From positions 32,001 through 96,000 of the IMG/VR virus record IMGVR_UViG_3300021197_001635: a stretch of DNA of 64,000 nt. One strand, written 5' to 3'. Source of the DNA: a virus. The translations under genes and the position numbers were made by a program. Positions within the stretch are counted from its first letter, which is position 1. Each line of letters begins with the position of its first letter. The notes under the pieces are model-generated. The model was not told where the DNA came from, searched no databases, and saw nothing but the letters and a program-made list of their open reading frames with translations. Shown one piece after another: positions 31,401 to 41,647 of this stretch.

Positions 31401-31784
31401 CTAGAATATGTGGATGATACATTCGATATTGGTGCACTCGTAGACAACGGTGTGTCAGAAATCACTACTGGTCCTAAGGGACACAGGGTCCTTCGTAACA
31501 ACTGTGAACTAATACAATGGACTGTCACCAGCAATGTCACTGGGTCAGTAGAGTGGGGAATAGACTTCGCGGCATCGGGTGCATGGCCTGTCGTTACAGC
31601 AATTACACATGAGGCGGGTGAGTACCCAATTCTGGAGAACAAACCATGGAGCACCAAGTCTATAACAGGATCAGAATGGGGTAAAAGGGTGTTCTCAGAA
31701 GGAGATATCATCCAGTTCAGGGTTGATGGTGCTACTGGTGTCAGTGCATCTTCCATTACCCTCAAGGCTAGGAGGATTCCATAA
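28467..31784 (+). CDS. Collagen-like tail fibre protein
   Basis: Long G-X-Y tracts ([12 protein letters not shown]) followed by Gly/Ser/Thr-rich beta-type domains. Confidence 0.8.
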   Translation: MRISLSDSNQHKIIITGKNQARVIVQPDTDKVLINTPSGVGPQGPQGVSGPRGVTGPQGVTGTTGATGTTGSTGSTGSTGATGATGAQGPAGPGFTGAQGPTGATGATGATGSQGPAGPQGVTGTTGATGATGTTGATGTTGSTGPAGPQGSAGPQGLTGATGTTGATGTTGSTGPAGPQGSAGPQGATGTTGATGATGATGTTGSTGPAGPQGSAGPQGLTGATGTTGATGTTGSTGPAGPQGSAGPQGLTGATGTTGTTGATGTTGSTGSTGSTGPSGYITYTYDESDAQSAGKVHFTNATSAGFKINLDPGGGLDDIGDIESSPIVVTVNSLAAAKRAVFRIIGTPDEGTGGEISWSGGSNTRILHYGGNFTDGESVIVGWLREGGATGTTGATGSTGPAGPQGSAGPQGLTGATGTTGTTGATGTTGSTGADAGAPYIFQTGDSSPDDGNLYVLDSSNGNTTVSANVAFLVIGNRDTTLANNSDWISSWDDSTSVKRGSVTVKQRGGSKYMVLDVIGDMTDSGDGDSRKIPVEFVGGGLDLADDAQDVSVSFTRYGDAGTGGYGNLSWKYSIDTTTTVPGGIPQGGIRLSSATISAATHAYFSDFTNEFGNPGITQWYEYVVSGVSAGAEYPQDLFYLKLFKQAEDYKWAVFSITNGISASNAGNASGNTGYYDFDIAHIASSVDTVSSLADGEGQAIATFSEAGRHDRIPSSLGFDAGDYFYILPAASIVDNGSNCYFLGIDPNGQGNAGRGLVWGYSKNDGGYDDKLQTNITCQNRSGDSNCTIWDNIPDGAQVIMRIAFDGIGSNPSAHVDYLGYFDEGNCSSERKFYFAQDAGGAGIVPVAVDVPDGRVDDEGDPSFNAYMRHILGQYIQFNNAVPVKISVDVVNPLFGFNLATLDGITSGTTSGASGAGLTGNTSGNAIFNSGVSGKIQFTAPTLLSTITTRSSIGIGASKTASGASGSILQVIATGTTLEYVDDTFDIGALVDNGVSEITTGPKGHRVLRNNCELIQWTVTSNVTGSVEWGIDFAASGAWPVVTAITHEAGEYPILENKPWSTKSITGSEWGKRVFSEGDIIQFRVDGATGVSASSITLKARRIP
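28581..29300 (+). repeat. Collagen G-X-Y tandem repeats (second block ~29630-29780)
   Basis: Reiterated unit [24 protein letters not shown] with near-identical DNA copies. Confidence 0.9.
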
Positions 31785-32914
31785 TGACAGATTTAAGAGG
31801 TGCTAACTGTGCAGTTTACTATGTTAATGGAGCTGCTGGAAATAACTCCAGTGCAGGTACTGCTACAGGCACAGCATGGGCAACCATACAATACGCACTT
31901 GATAAAATAGCAGACGGAACTGTCAACGACGGTGACGAAGTCAGAATAATGGCGACTGGCAACTATACTATATCGTCTACTTTGAACCCAGCATTTAACA
32001 ATAAAGAGATAACTATCACTGGTGCTGATGCCAGCGGCAATGTAGATGGGACTAAAGCAGTCCTCATCGGGGCTGTGGGTGGTTCTTCTGCCATGCTGGA
32101 ATTTGAGGCTACTGAAGGAGAAAGACTAGTTATTGCACACCTCCATTTCGATGCGAACGATAACTCGCAAAACTGCATCTTAAGTGCTACAGACAACCAC
32201 TATATCCATTTCATAAATTGCAGATTCTCTCAGGCGACTGGTGAAGGAGTGGTGTGGGCAGGTAACAACTATTGGGATTTCTTATATTGCAGATTCGATA
32301 ACTGTGCATCGAGCGGACTCAAGATGGATGGTCTAGCCTTTGGTGTTGGATACAGGTGTTTGTTCGATAACAACGGTGGAGATGGATGCGACTCTCATAC
32401 TCTAAACGGTTTCAGACATAAATGGATTGAGTGTGTGTTTTACAACAATGCAGCCGATGGAATGGACTGGGTAGGTGCAGGTGGATTTGTAGCAAACTGC
32501 GTTTTTGATAGTAACGGAGAGCATGGCATCACTGACAGGTCTTCCAGTATACAATCTTTAAGACTCAATAATATCTACACCAATAACAGCAGTGCAGGTG
32601 TGAATGCTAGGGGAAGTACGGACTCGGTAGCATTTAACGAGGTATTCCATGGTAATGATAATGATGTAGAAGATACTGGTGGTGGAGCACAGGCAATATC
32701 AGAGCTTGCCCACATGATCAACTACATTCATGGAACGGCTGATAATACCAATCCCATGTACGCAGACGCGGCTAATTTTGACTTCACGCCTACAAACACC
32801 CATTTTGCGGGGTTCAACAAAGGCATAGCCACGCCATTCCAGTGGTTCGGATCGACTGCTAGCGATATGGGACTGGGCAAGTTCAAATCTTCAGAAAGCA
32901 TATCAACTTTCTGA
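31784..32914 (+). CDS. Right-handed beta-helix (pectate lyase-like) virion protein
   Basis: YYVNG..G.N...GT...AWATIQ.A cap; repeated CRF/CLFDNN/CVFYNN/CVFDSN rungs. Confidence 0.7.
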   Translation: MTDLRGANCAVYYVNGAAGNNSSAGTATGTAWATIQYALDKIADGTVNDGDEVRIMATGNYTISSTLNPAFNNKEITITGADASGNVDGTKAVLIGAVGGSSAMLEFEATEGERLVIAHLHFDANDNSQNCILSATDNHYIHFINCRFSQATGEGVVWAGNNYWDFLYCRFDNCASSGLKMDGLAFGVGYRCLFDNNGGDGCDSHTLNGFRHKWIECVFYNNAADGMDWVGAGGFVANCVFDSNGEHGITDRSSSIQSLRLNNIYTNNSSAGVNARGSTDSVAFNEVFHGNDNDVEDTGGGAQAISELAHMINYIHGTADNTNPMYADAANFDFTPTNTHFAGFNKGIATPFQWFGSTASDMGLGKFKSSESISTF

Positions 32915-32917
32915 GTA

Positions 32918-32946
32918 TTGACAATCAAAAGCCTCAATGGTATAAT
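32918..32946 (+). promoter_or_regulatory. Sigma70-type early promoter
   Basis: TTGACA-17 nt-TATAAT with extended TG, heading the dut-pol block. Confidence 0.85.
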
Positions 32947-32977
32947 GTATTTTTACTTTTAGATATGGAGGTTTGTT

Positions 32978-33556
32978 ATGGATTTACCAACACTTGGGTA
33001 TTATAGAACGCACAGCAATGCGATCCCACCCAAAATGAGCACAGCGGGGGCAGCCTGCTATGACCTTTCTGCACAACTGGTTGTTGAGGACAACAGTGGC
33101 AGAGTAACCGATTATAGAGAGGTCACAATTTTCACACCAGAAAATGAGACCTACACAGAGACCGCAACCTGCAGGGTTCACCCTACCGAGAATGGAAGAT
33201 TTACACCTTTCAGGGTAACAATCCCACCTAGACACAGAGCCATCATTCCAACTGGAATCATATTCGATATTCCAGACGGTTATTCTGTCAGACTGCACCC
33301 TAGGTCTGGTCTTTCCATCAAAAAGGGATTCATCGTCGCCAATTGCGAGGGTGTCATTGACGAGGACTACTTCCATGAGATCAAATCTTTGATGGTGAAC
33401 ACAAGCGAGATTCCAATCGTAGTCGAGCATGGTGATAGAATCGTTCAGGCAGAGATTGTCAAGACGGTACAGCACTACATTGTAGAGACCCACGTTGAGC
33501 CTTGCCAGAAGACAGATAGAGTGGGTGGTCTTGGTAGCACGGGAGTTAAAGTATGA
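32978..33556 (+). CDS. dut: Trimeric dUTPase
   Basis: AACYDL, PRSGLS, GVIDEDY, GDRIVQ, RVGGLGSTG. Confidence 0.93.
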   Translation: MDLPTLGYYRTHSNAIPPKMSTAGAACYDLSAQLVVEDNSGRVTDYREVTIFTPENETYTETATCRVHPTENGRFTPFRVTIPPRHRAIIPTGIIFDIPDGYSVRLHPRSGLSIKKGFIVANCEGVIDEDYFHEIKSLMVNTSEIPIVVEHGDRIVQAEIVKTVQHYIVETHVEPCQKTDRVGGLGSTGVKV

Positions 33557-33942
33557 ACAGAGATGAATTAATACAGCATCATGTAGCATTGTGTGAAGAG
33601 GCTAGATCCCTCATGAGAGTCAAGAATCATGATTATGCAGGCAAGGACACTGATACCCCTTGGATGAACTTCCAGAGATCAGAGATAATGGGTCTTTGCA
33701 AGACCGAGCAAGCATTCATGGTTAGGATTCTGGACAAGATTTCAAGACTAATCACCTACACGACTAGCGGGGAACTGATGGTCAAAGGTGAGGGTGTTAA
33801 GGACTCAATAGTCGATATAATTAATTATATGGTCTTGTTCTCAGCATTCATAGAAGACGGCAATGTGAAGGACGAAGACCCTGACGGCTCGAAAGATACT
33901 GCTATGAATTATGACAACATCGAGAGAGAATCACTCGTATGA
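33553..33942 (+). CDS. DUF1599/Nmad1-like alpha-helical (MazG-related) nucleotide-modification domain protein
   Basis: KNHDYAG, NF, RILDKISRL, E...DSIVDIINY. Confidence 0.65.
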   Translation: MNRDELIQHHVALCEEARSLMRVKNHDYAGKDTDTPWMNFQRSEIMGLCKTEQAFMVRILDKISRLITYTTSGELMVKGEGVKDSIVDIINYMVLFSAFIEDGNVKDEDPDGSKDTAMNYDNIERESLV

Positions 33943-36461
33943 AAGAAATGTACTCCAATGTGGTTACCTATGGTAACACCCTGATGTACAGAGGATACGA
34001 CTCGGAAGGAAATAAAGTCGAGGATAGGGCGGAGTTTAATCCAGTCCTATATGTTCCTAGCAGCAAAGGCAAGGAATTCAAGACTCTGGAAGGCTCCCCT
34101 CTTGAAGAGATTGAGATGGGATGCATCAAGGAATATAGAGACTTTATCAAGCAATATGATGGTGTTGCTGGCATGACAGTATACGGGGATATTAATCTAG
34201 AGTGCCAGTACATAGGCAGAAGGTTCACCGACAAGAAGGTGGACTACGATTATGACCTGCTCAACGTGGTTAGCATCGATATTGAAACCACCTGCGAGTA
34301 CGGATTCCCCGATGTGGAGAACCCAAATGAAGAAGTTATTGCTATCACTATTCGGATTAATGATCAAACTTATAGTTACGGTCTGGGTGATTTCGACATT
34401 GATGGTGTTCATTGTCATCCTTATGCTAGGGATGAAGAGTTAGACCTAATCAATGATTTTCTGGGCAAGTGGGAAGAGATTTCACCAGACATCATCACTG
34501 GTTGGAATATCAGATTCTTCGATATGCCTTATCTTTATAACAGGATCAAGAAGATAGCAGGTCCCAAGCAGGCTAAGAGACTTAGTCCTTGGAAGATAGT
34601 CAAAGAGAAGACCATCCACAGACGAAATCGGGAGCAGAAGGTGTTGGATATTGTGGGTATTGCCACAATGGACTATTATGATCTATACCAGACTTTCACA
34701 TACACCAATCAAGAAAGCTACAGATTGGATCATATAGCATATGTGGAATTGGGTGAGCGGAAGTTGTCCTACTCAGAATTCGGCAGCATCAGAGAATTCT
34801 ATAAGAAGGATTTTCAGAAGTTCATGGAGTACAACGTGATAGACGTGGTACTGGTGGACAGACTGGAAGAGAAGTTGCGACTGATGGAACTAGCCGTCGC
34901 CTTGGCATATGCTGCAAAGGTCAATTTCATGGATGTCTTCAGTCAGGTGAAGATGTGGGACAGCATCATCTACCATCATCTTCATGATAAGAAAATAGCG
35001 GTTCCACCTAGAGTTGTAACCCAGAAGTCAGAGCAGTATGCTGGTGCTTATGTGAAAGACCCTATCGTGGGTATGCATGATTGGATCATGTCTTTCGACC
35101 TCAATTCCCTGTACCCCCATCTGATCATGCAGTATAATATCAGTCCAGAGACCAAGGTACACAATATTGATAACATTCATGCTAGGGATATTATTACACC
35201 CAATGGCATCTTGGACTGTTCTGAGCAGACCGAAAAATACCTAGAAGAATGGAGGAGAAGGGATCTGTCTATTGCTAGCAATGGGATCACCTTCACCAGA
35301 GACTTCCAAGGGTTCCTACCATCGATTATGGAAACGCTCTATGAAGAGAGGAAAATCGCTAAGAAGAAGATGATTCAAGCACAGCAAAAGCAGCAATCAT
35401 CCGACGACCCTCAGATCGCCAGAGATATATCCAAATACAAGAACGAGCAGCTGGTGAGAAAAGTGCAATTGAACTCCGCATATGGTGCTATTGGAAATCA
35501 ATACTGCCGATATTACGATGTGGATATGGCAGAGGCAGTCACAATATCTGGTCAACTTAGCATCAGGTGGATTGAGAGAGAATTGAATGCTCTTATGAAT
35601 AAGATATTGGGAACTGACGACGAGGACTACGTGGTCGCCATTGATACCGACTCTGTTTATATCAATGTGGGTGATCTAGTGAAGAAGATCGGTGGAGGTA
35701 AGAGCAAGCAAGAAGTGGTCGATCTATTGGATCAGTCTGCCAATGATATATTCTTACCTTTCATCGACAAAAAGTATATGGAGATGGCATCTAAAGTCAA
35801 TGCTTATCAGCAAAAGATGAAGATGGGGAGAGAGGTAATAGCAGATAAAGGAATCTGGACTGCTAAGAAGAGATATATCCTCAACGTCATAGACAATGAG
35901 GGCGTTAGATATGATAAGGCTAAGATCAAAGTGGTTGGACTGGAAACCACAAGGTCTTCTACCCCAGAGGCAGTCAGGAACCAGTTGAAAAGCATGATAA
36001 GACTTATATTGGATACTGATGAGGGCACGGTCATTAGAGAGATCGAGAAGGTGAGGGAGATATTTTATGATCTTGAACCCGAGCAAATAGCCTTCCCCAG
36101 AGGGGTGAAAGGACTTGGTAAGTATTCTGATGAAAACAATATATTTGCCAAGCACACCCCCGTCGCAGTCAAGGGTTCCCTCATTTACAATCATTACATA
36201 AATAAATTGGGTCTGGACAAGAAGTATGAGCTAATCAGGGACAATGATAAGGCGAAGTTCATATACCTTAAGGAGCCTAATCCAGTGAGAGACAAAGTTA
36301 TCACCTTTCCTAATGAATTACCAAAGGAATTAGAATTGGATGATTACATCAATTATGAATTACAGTTTGAGAAGTCTTTCCTAGATCCCTTAAAGGCTAT
36401 TTTAGAGGCTATTGGGTGGAAGTCAAGGAAAGAGAGTTCACTAGAAGGTTTGTTTGTTTGA
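33939..36461 (+). CDS. 43: gp43 family B DNA polymerase
   Basis: DIET exonuclease motif, SFDLNSLYP, K..LNS.YG, DTDS, KKRY. Confidence 0.97.
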   Translation: MKEMYSNVVTYGNTLMYRGYDSEGNKVEDRAEFNPVLYVPSSKGKEFKTLEGSPLEEIEMGCIKEYRDFIKQYDGVAGMTVYGDINLECQYIGRRFTDKKVDYDYDLLNVVSIDIETTCEYGFPDVENPNEEVIAITIRINDQTYSYGLGDFDIDGVHCHPYARDEELDLINDFLGKWEEISPDIITGWNIRFFDMPYLYNRIKKIAGPKQAKRLSPWKIVKEKTIHRRNREQKVLDIVGIATMDYYDLYQTFTYTNQESYRLDHIAYVELGERKLSYSEFGSIREFYKKDFQKFMEYNVIDVVLVDRLEEKLRLMELAVALAYAAKVNFMDVFSQVKMWDSIIYHHLHDKKIAVPPRVVTQKSEQYAGAYVKDPIVGMHDWIMSFDLNSLYPHLIMQYNISPETKVHNIDNIHARDIITPNGILDCSEQTEKYLEEWRRRDLSIASNGITFTRDFQGFLPSIMETLYEERKIAKKKMIQAQQKQQSSDDPQIARDISKYKNEQLVRKVQLNSAYGAIGNQYCRYYDVDMAEAVTISGQLSIRWIERELNALMNKILGTDDEDYVVAIDTDSVYINVGDLVKKIGGGKSKQEVVDLLDQSANDIFLPFIDKKYMEMASKVNAYQQKMKMGREVIADKGIWTAKKRYILNVIDNEGVRYDKAKIKVVGLETTRSSTPEAVRNQLKSMIRLILDTDEGTVIREIEKVREIFYDLEPEQIAFPRGVKGLGKYSDENNIFAKHTPVAVKGSLIYNHYINKLGLDKKYELIRDNDKAKFIYLKEPNPVRDKVITFPNELPKELELDDYINYELQFEKSFLDPLKAILEAIGWKSRKESSLEGLFV

Positions 36462-36479
36462 AACGAGAGGTAACGAAAA

Positions 36480-37541
36480 ATGACAGGATTTCTTGAATCG
36501 ATTATTAAAGATTCTGGCAACGAGTATGCCAGCATTGTGGAAGGTGGGGTTGAAGGTAGTGATGTCACTGGTTTCATCAACACTGGTAGTTACGCGTTAA
36601 ATGCACTTCTATCTGGAGATATTTATCAGGGGATGCCAGATAATAAGATTATCGCTTTGGCAGGAGAGAGTGCGACAGGTAAGACCTATTTCGCATTGGA
36701 TATCTGCAAGAAATTCCTTACTGACAAAGAAGATGGGATTGTCTTGTATTTTGATACAGAGCAGGCGATCACTTCAGACATGATTAAGGATAGGGGCATT
36801 GACTCTTCTAGAGTCGCCATATTCCCAGTTGCAACGGTAGAAGATTTCAGACACCAGTGCATTAAGATCGTGGATAAAGTTCTTGAGCTGCCTAAGGAAG
36901 AGCGAAAACCCATGATCATCGTTCTCGATTCTCTTGGCATGTTGTCTACCAACAAAGAGATGGCAGATACGGCAGAAGGCAAAGAGACCAGAGATATGAC
37001 ACGTGCACAACTGGTCAAGGCTACCTTCAGGGTATTGACCCTTAAACTGGGAAGAGCACACATTCCTCTGATCTTGACCAACCATACCTATGATGTGGTG
37101 GGTTCTTATATTCCTATGAAAGAGATGGGTGGTGGTTCTGGTCTCAAGTACGCAGCATCCACAATCGTGTATCTGTCCAAGAAGAAGATTAAAGACGGAA
37201 CAGACATTATAGGCAATATTATCAGATGCAAGTTGTTTAAAAGCAGACTGACCAAGGAAAACAAGCAGGTTGAAGTCCAACTAAGCTACGACTCGGGTCT
37301 CAACCCTTATTATGGTCTTTCTGATCTGGCGATTAAGTATGACATATTCAAGAAGGTAAGCACTAGAATCGAATTGCCCGATGGAAGAAAAGTCTATGAG
37401 AAGCAGTTAAACGCCGACCCAGAAAAATATTATACAGAAGATATCCTCGACAGGATAAACGAGGCCGCTTCCAAAGAATTCAAATATGGAGGATCATCAG
37501 ATGGGGAACTGCAAGAAGTGCGAGAAGAAGAGGATGAGTGA
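36480..37541 (+). CDS. uvsX: UvsX RecA-like recombinase
   Basis: [32 protein letters not shown]. Confidence 0.95.
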   Translation: MTGFLESIIKDSGNEYASIVEGGVEGSDVTGFINTGSYALNALLSGDIYQGMPDNKIIALAGESATGKTYFALDICKKFLTDKEDGIVLYFDTEQAITSDMIKDRGIDSSRVAIFPVATVEDFRHQCIKIVDKVLELPKEERKPMIIVLDSLGMLSTNKEMADTAEGKETRDMTRAQLVKATFRVLTLKLGRAHIPLILTNHTYDVVGSYIPMKEMGGGSGLKYAASTIVYLSKKKIKDGTDIIGNIIRCKLFKSRLTKENKQVEVQLSYDSGLNPYYGLSDLAIKYDIFKKVSTRIELPDGRKVYEKQLNADPEKYYTEDILDRINEAASKEFKYGGSSDGELQEVREEEDE

Positions 37542-37704
37542 AGAAGCAGAATCCTCCGCATCAGAGGGCCTAGGAGATACCATCTCCAAGTTTATAAAGA
37601 ACGTCACTATGGGTAAGGCAAAAGAATGCGAACCTTGTAAGAAGAGGAGGGAAGCATTAAATAAGATGTTCCCTTACAAAAACAATGAAGATATTCAGGA
37701 ATAA
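37501..37704 (+). CDS. Small Cys-containing hypothetical protein
   Basis: GLGDTI...[12 protein letters not shown] pattern; alternative start 37486. Confidence 0.55.
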   Translation: MGNCKKCEKKRMSEEAESSASEGLGDTISKFIKNVTMGKAKECEPCKKRREALNKMFPYKNNEDIQE

Positions 37705-38020
37705 ACAAGACCCACCCAAGTATAAGTACGCAGACTACCCCAGAGATAGTAAATGGGGTGCGTTAAGGATATTGGATGGGGAGTACGAGGGTATCATCTT
37801 CAAATTCGGAGTAGTTAGTCTGTCTGACGATGATGATCACTGCTCAGTTAATTTCACCTATGATGTGCTTAAAAATCCTAACTATCTGTCAGAAGACGAT
37901 AGCATGAGGTCTGTCATGGGTGAGATATTGGTTGAAATATTGAAGAAGAACTACGGTGGAGAATATGATGACAATGATGACCACGGAAATGCTGATTCTG
38001 TCCAATCTGGTGCAGAATGA
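37685..38020 (+). CDS. Probable gp40-like head vertex assembly chaperone
   Basis: Position between uvsX and 41; ILDGEYEG..FKFG.V, F.YDV, GEILVEIL. Confidence 0.55.
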   Translation: MKIFRNKQDPPKYKYADYPRDSKWGALRILDGEYEGIIFKFGVVSLSDDDDHCSVNFTYDVLKNPNYLSEDDSMRSVMGEILVEILKKNYGGEYDDNDDHGNADSVQSGAE

Positions 38021-39365
38021 TAGGTATATGAGGAAGGCACTGCCATTCCTCAAGGAAGACTATTTCTCAGACAGGGTAGAAAGAAAAGTGTTCACCCTGA
38101 TTTCGGATTTTGCAGCAAAGTACAACCAGCCTCCCAATAAGGACGCACTAGGTATTTGCCTAGACAATGCTAGCGGTCTTAGTGAATCAGAGTTCAAGGA
38201 TGCCAGAAGCATTGTAAGAGACATCACCAATAAGGTGGATGACTCCCAAGAAGACCAATGGTTGCTGGACACCACAGAGTCTTTTTGTAAAGACAAGTCC
38301 ATATACAATGCAATCCTAGAATCTATACAGATAATCGATGGTAAGTCTGATATGAGCAAGAATCACCTGCCCAGTCTCTTGCAAGATGCTCTATCTGTAT
38401 CATTCGATGTCTCTGTTGGTCACGACTATATAGAAGACTCCGAGCAGAGGTACGATTTCTACCATAAGAAAGAGAATAAGATTCCTTTCGATCTGGAATT
38501 TTTCAACAGGATCACCAATAGCGGAACTCCGCAGAAGACTCTCAATATATGTCTAGCTGGTACTGGTGTCGGAAAGTCCTTGTTTATGTGTCATCATTCT
38601 GCTAATTGCCTGACTCAGGGTAAAAATGTTCTCTATATCACATGTGAAATGGCAGAAGAGAGGATCGCAGAGAGAATCGATGCCAATCTGATGAATATTA
38701 CGATGGATGAGCTGAAAGACCTACCCAAGAATGTGTATGATAAGAAGATTGAGTCTGTGACGAGTGGCATCTCTGGTAAGTTGATCATCAAAGAATATCC
38801 AACTGCGACCGCAAATGTCAATCACTTTAGATCTCTGCTTGAAGAATTGAAGATGAAGAAGAATTTCGTTCCCGATATCATATTCATTGATTATCTCAAT
38901 ATTTGTGCTGCTGCCAGATTTAAGAATGCTGCAAACGTCAACTCCTACATGTATATCAAGGCGATAGCGGAGGAGCTAAGAGGACTTGCCGTGGAGCAAA
39001 ACGTCCCTATCTTTTCTGCCACCCAGACCAATAGGAGCGGTTTCGCTAATACCGATGTGGGTCTGGAAGACACCTCAGAATCATTCGGACTGCCAGCAAC
39101 AGCAGATTTCATGTTTGCCATAATATCCACAGATGAACTAGATAGTATGAATCAAGTATTGGTAAAGCAGTTGAAGAACAGGTATAATGATACAGCGGTA
39201 AACAAGAAGTTCATAGTGGGCATAAACAGGGCTAAAATGAAGCTATATGATGTGAGTAACAAAGAACAGGACGACCTTGTAGATTCTGGTCAGTCTACAT
39301 ATAGTAGAGATGATCTTAATAGTAAGATCAAACAGGATGGTGTTTTTTCTGATTGGAAAATTTAG
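37956..39365 (+). CDS. 41: gp41 replicative DNA helicase (start may be one of the ATGs at 37965-37977)
   Basis: LAGTGVGKSL, IIKEYPT, IDYLNIC, ATQTNRSG, SESFGLPATAD, KQLKNRY. Confidence 0.96.
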   Translation: MENMMTMMTTEMLILSNLVQNDRYMRKALPFLKEDYFSDRVERKVFTLISDFAAKYNQPPNKDALGICLDNASGLSESEFKDARSIVRDITNKVDDSQEDQWLLDTTESFCKDKSIYNAILESIQIIDGKSDMSKNHLPSLLQDALSVSFDVSVGHDYIEDSEQRYDFYHKKENKIPFDLEFFNRITNSGTPQKTLNICLAGTGVGKSLFMCHHSANCLTQGKNVLYITCEMAEERIAERIDANLMNITMDELKDLPKNVYDKKIESVTSGISGKLIIKEYPTATANVNHFRSLLEELKMKKNFVPDIIFIDYLNICAAARFKNAANVNSYMYIKAIAEELRGLAVEQNVPIFSATQTNRSGFANTDVGLEDTSESFGLPATADFMFAIISTDELDSMNQVLVKQLKNRYNDTAVNKKFIVGINRAKMKLYDVSNKEQDDLVDSGQSTYSRDDLNSKIKQDGVFSDWKI

Positions 39366-39379
39366 ATTGGGGAAATGCG

Positions 39380-39544
39380 ATGAATAATAGAGAATTGAAA
39401 GAATGGAAAAGATGGGCTGAAGAGTACGAAGCGGATCGACTGCAAAAGAAGGTCGATATTTCGGAGAAATTCTCCAAGTCCGTTGGTAATGAAGACATTA
39501 ATAATGATAGTGATGAAGTGAAAAATGAGCATAATAATAGATAA
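39380..39544 (+). CDS. Small hypothetical protein
   Basis: Short ORF filling the 41-61 gap. Confidence 0.4.
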   Translation: MNNRELKEWKRWAEEYEADRLQKKVDISEKFSKSVGNEDINNDSDEVKNEHNNR

Positions 39545-40586
39545 GAAGTTTATCAATCTGGTATCACCAGAATTGCGTAATTTCAAATGGAAAAAAGAAA
39601 AGCTTGCCAACTGTTCTTGCCCAATATGCGGTGATAGTAAAAAGAACAGTAGGAAGGCTAGAGGTTATTTCTACGAGAAGCATGGACGATTCTTTTATAA
39701 ATGTCACAACTGTGACTTTTGGTGTAACATATATAGTTTTTTGAAAGAGATTTCTCCTGCACTTTGCAAAGAATACGCAATGGAGGGGTATAGAGAAAGA
39801 ATATCTCAGGGATTTATAAAAGAGAGGGTGAGGGTAGAACCAGAAGAGATGAAGTTTAATTTCAAGAAGCCTAAGAAGACTGTAATCAACAAGGATATGT
39901 TGAAGGATTGCGTTTGTCTAAACGATCTACCCGATGATCATGAGGCAGTCCAATTTGCCAATATCAGAATAATTCCCAAGCAACACTGGAACATCTTGTA
40001 TTATACAGAAGACTTTGGTGCTCTAATGAAGCACATGGATCCTGATTGCCTGAGTGTAGGAAGAGAGTCTAGACTGGTAATACCATTCTTCAACAAGAAG
40101 GGAGATGTGGTAGCAGTTCAGGGAAGATCCTTGAAAATGCAGGATGAATCTAATGCACGCAAGACCGTAAAATACTTAACAGTCAAGTCTGATAAGAGCA
40201 TAGACAGACTATGGTATGGACTTTGGAGGTGTGACACCAATAAGAAAGTGCACGTCGTTGAAGGTCCACTTGACAGTTTGTTCCTCAGCAATTCAGTCGC
40301 CATGGTTGGTGCGGGTGCTGTTGATAACATACCAGATAGGCTGGTTGACAAAGATTTGATTTTTGTGCTAGATAATGAACCAAGAAACAAGCAAATTGTT
40401 CAGTATAATCAGAATTTAATAGATCAAGGTAAGAAGGTGTGCATCTGGCCTAAGACGATCGTAGAGAAAGATATCAATGATATGGCATACAAGATGTCTA
40501 CGAGAAAAATTGAAAAAATCATTAACGAAAATTCTTTTAGTGGGTTGCAAGCGATAGCGAGACTCAGGGAATGGAGAAGAGCATGA
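39525..40586 (+). CDS. 61: gp61 DNA primase
   Basis: CPICGDS..KARG, CHNC zinc finger, VEGPLDS, DNEPRN, KDINDM. Confidence 0.95.
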   Translation: MSIIIDKKFINLVSPELRNFKWKKEKLANCSCPICGDSKKNSRKARGYFYEKHGRFFYKCHNCDFWCNIYSFLKEISPALCKEYAMEGYRERISQGFIKERVRVEPEEMKFNFKKPKKTVINKDMLKDCVCLNDLPDDHEAVQFANIRIIPKQHWNILYYTEDFGALMKHMDPDCLSVGRESRLVIPFFNKKGDVVAVQGRSLKMQDESNARKTVKYLTVKSDKSIDRLWYGLWRCDTNKKVHVVEGPLDSLFLSNSVAMVGAGAVDNIPDRLVDKDLIFVLDNEPRNKQIVQYNQNLIDQGKKVCIWPKTIVEKDINDMAYKMSTRKIEKIINENSFSGLQAIARLREWRRA

Positions 40587-41647
40587 GAACTAATTGTAAG
40601 ATGGAATACCTGTGGTTGGATGGATATGAGACACCCAACATCAGAAGCAAGACCCGATACATGACCTTGGAATCTGATGACGAATCTATGACAGTTGAAG
40701 ACATTCCAGAGTGGGGATTTGACGGTTCCAGCACTGAACAGGCATCTGGCAGCGATAGTGATTGCATCCTCAGACCAGTATCAGTATTCTTGAACCCTGT
40801 GGACTCGACATCTTTCCCCAATTCTTATCTGGTATTGTGTGAGGTGTTCAACAAAGATGGCACACCCCATGCATCCAATCACAGATCTTCTCTCAGAGAG
40901 ATTTGTGAGGGTACAGATGATTTAGAAATGTGGATGGGTATTGAGCAAGAATATACAGTGATGGATTCTGAAAAGGGTAGACCGTATGGGTGGCCTGATA
41001 TGGGTTATCCCCAGCCCCAAGGGCGATATTACTGCGGAGTTGGTGGTGATGTAGTTAAGATGAGAGATCTCGCCCATCAACATGCCATGTGTTGTCTGGA
41101 CTCAAAAATACCATTATGTGGAACCAATGCTGAGGTTATGCTATCTCAATGGGAATATCAGATAGGACCAGCATCCCCAATCAATGTATGCGATTTCTTA
41201 TGGGTGTCAAGATACATACTGGAGATTCTAGCAGAGAGTGTGGGTGCATCAATCAGTCTTGACCCTAAGTTAATCAAGGGTGATTGGAACGGGTCTGGAG
41301 CACACATCAACTTCTCCACCAAATTCATGAGAGAAGTTGGAGGCAAGGATTACATCAACGACGTCTGTGAGAGCCTAGGCAAGGCACACGAGGACCACAT
41401 CGTTAATTATGGTGTTGGCAACGAACAGAGACTCACTGGTACTCATGAGACCCAACATATCAATGAATTCACTTATGGGGAGTCCGACAGAGGTGCTAGT
41501 ATTAGGATCCCTCACTCTACTTCGGAAGAATACAGGGGATACCTAGAAGACAGAAGACCAGCATCCAATATGGACCCATACAAGGCAACAAAATGCTTGG
41601 TAGAAACGATGAAGAAGGTAGATTCTAAGGTAGAAATTGAAGTATGA
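40583..41647 (+). CDS. glnII: Glutamine synthetase type II
   Basis: EYLWLDG, WGFDGSST.QA, PQG.YYCGVG, NAEVM..QWE.QIGP, DWNGSGAH, RLTG.HET, EDRRPASN.DPY. Confidence 0.93.
   Translation: MRTNCKMEYLWLDGYETPNIRSKTRYMTLESDDESMTVEDIPEWGFDGSSTEQASGSDSDCILRPVSVFLNPVDSTSFPNSYLVLCEVFNKDGTPHASNHRSSLREICEGTDDLEMWMGIEQEYTVMDSEKGRPYGWPDMGYPQPQGRYYCGVGGDVVKMRDLAHQHAMCCLDSKIPLCGTNAEVMLSQWEYQIGPASPINVCDFLWVSRYILEILAESVGASISLDPKLIKGDWNGSGAHINFSTKFMREVGGKDYINDVCESLGKAHEDHIVNYGVGNEQRLTGTHETQHINEFTYGESDRGASIRIPHSTSEEYRGYLEDRRPASNMDPYKATKCLVETMKKVDSKVEIEV

Noticed and set aside
32984-33589. 201-aa minus-strand ORF
   Set aside because: Antisense shadow of the well-supported dUTPase
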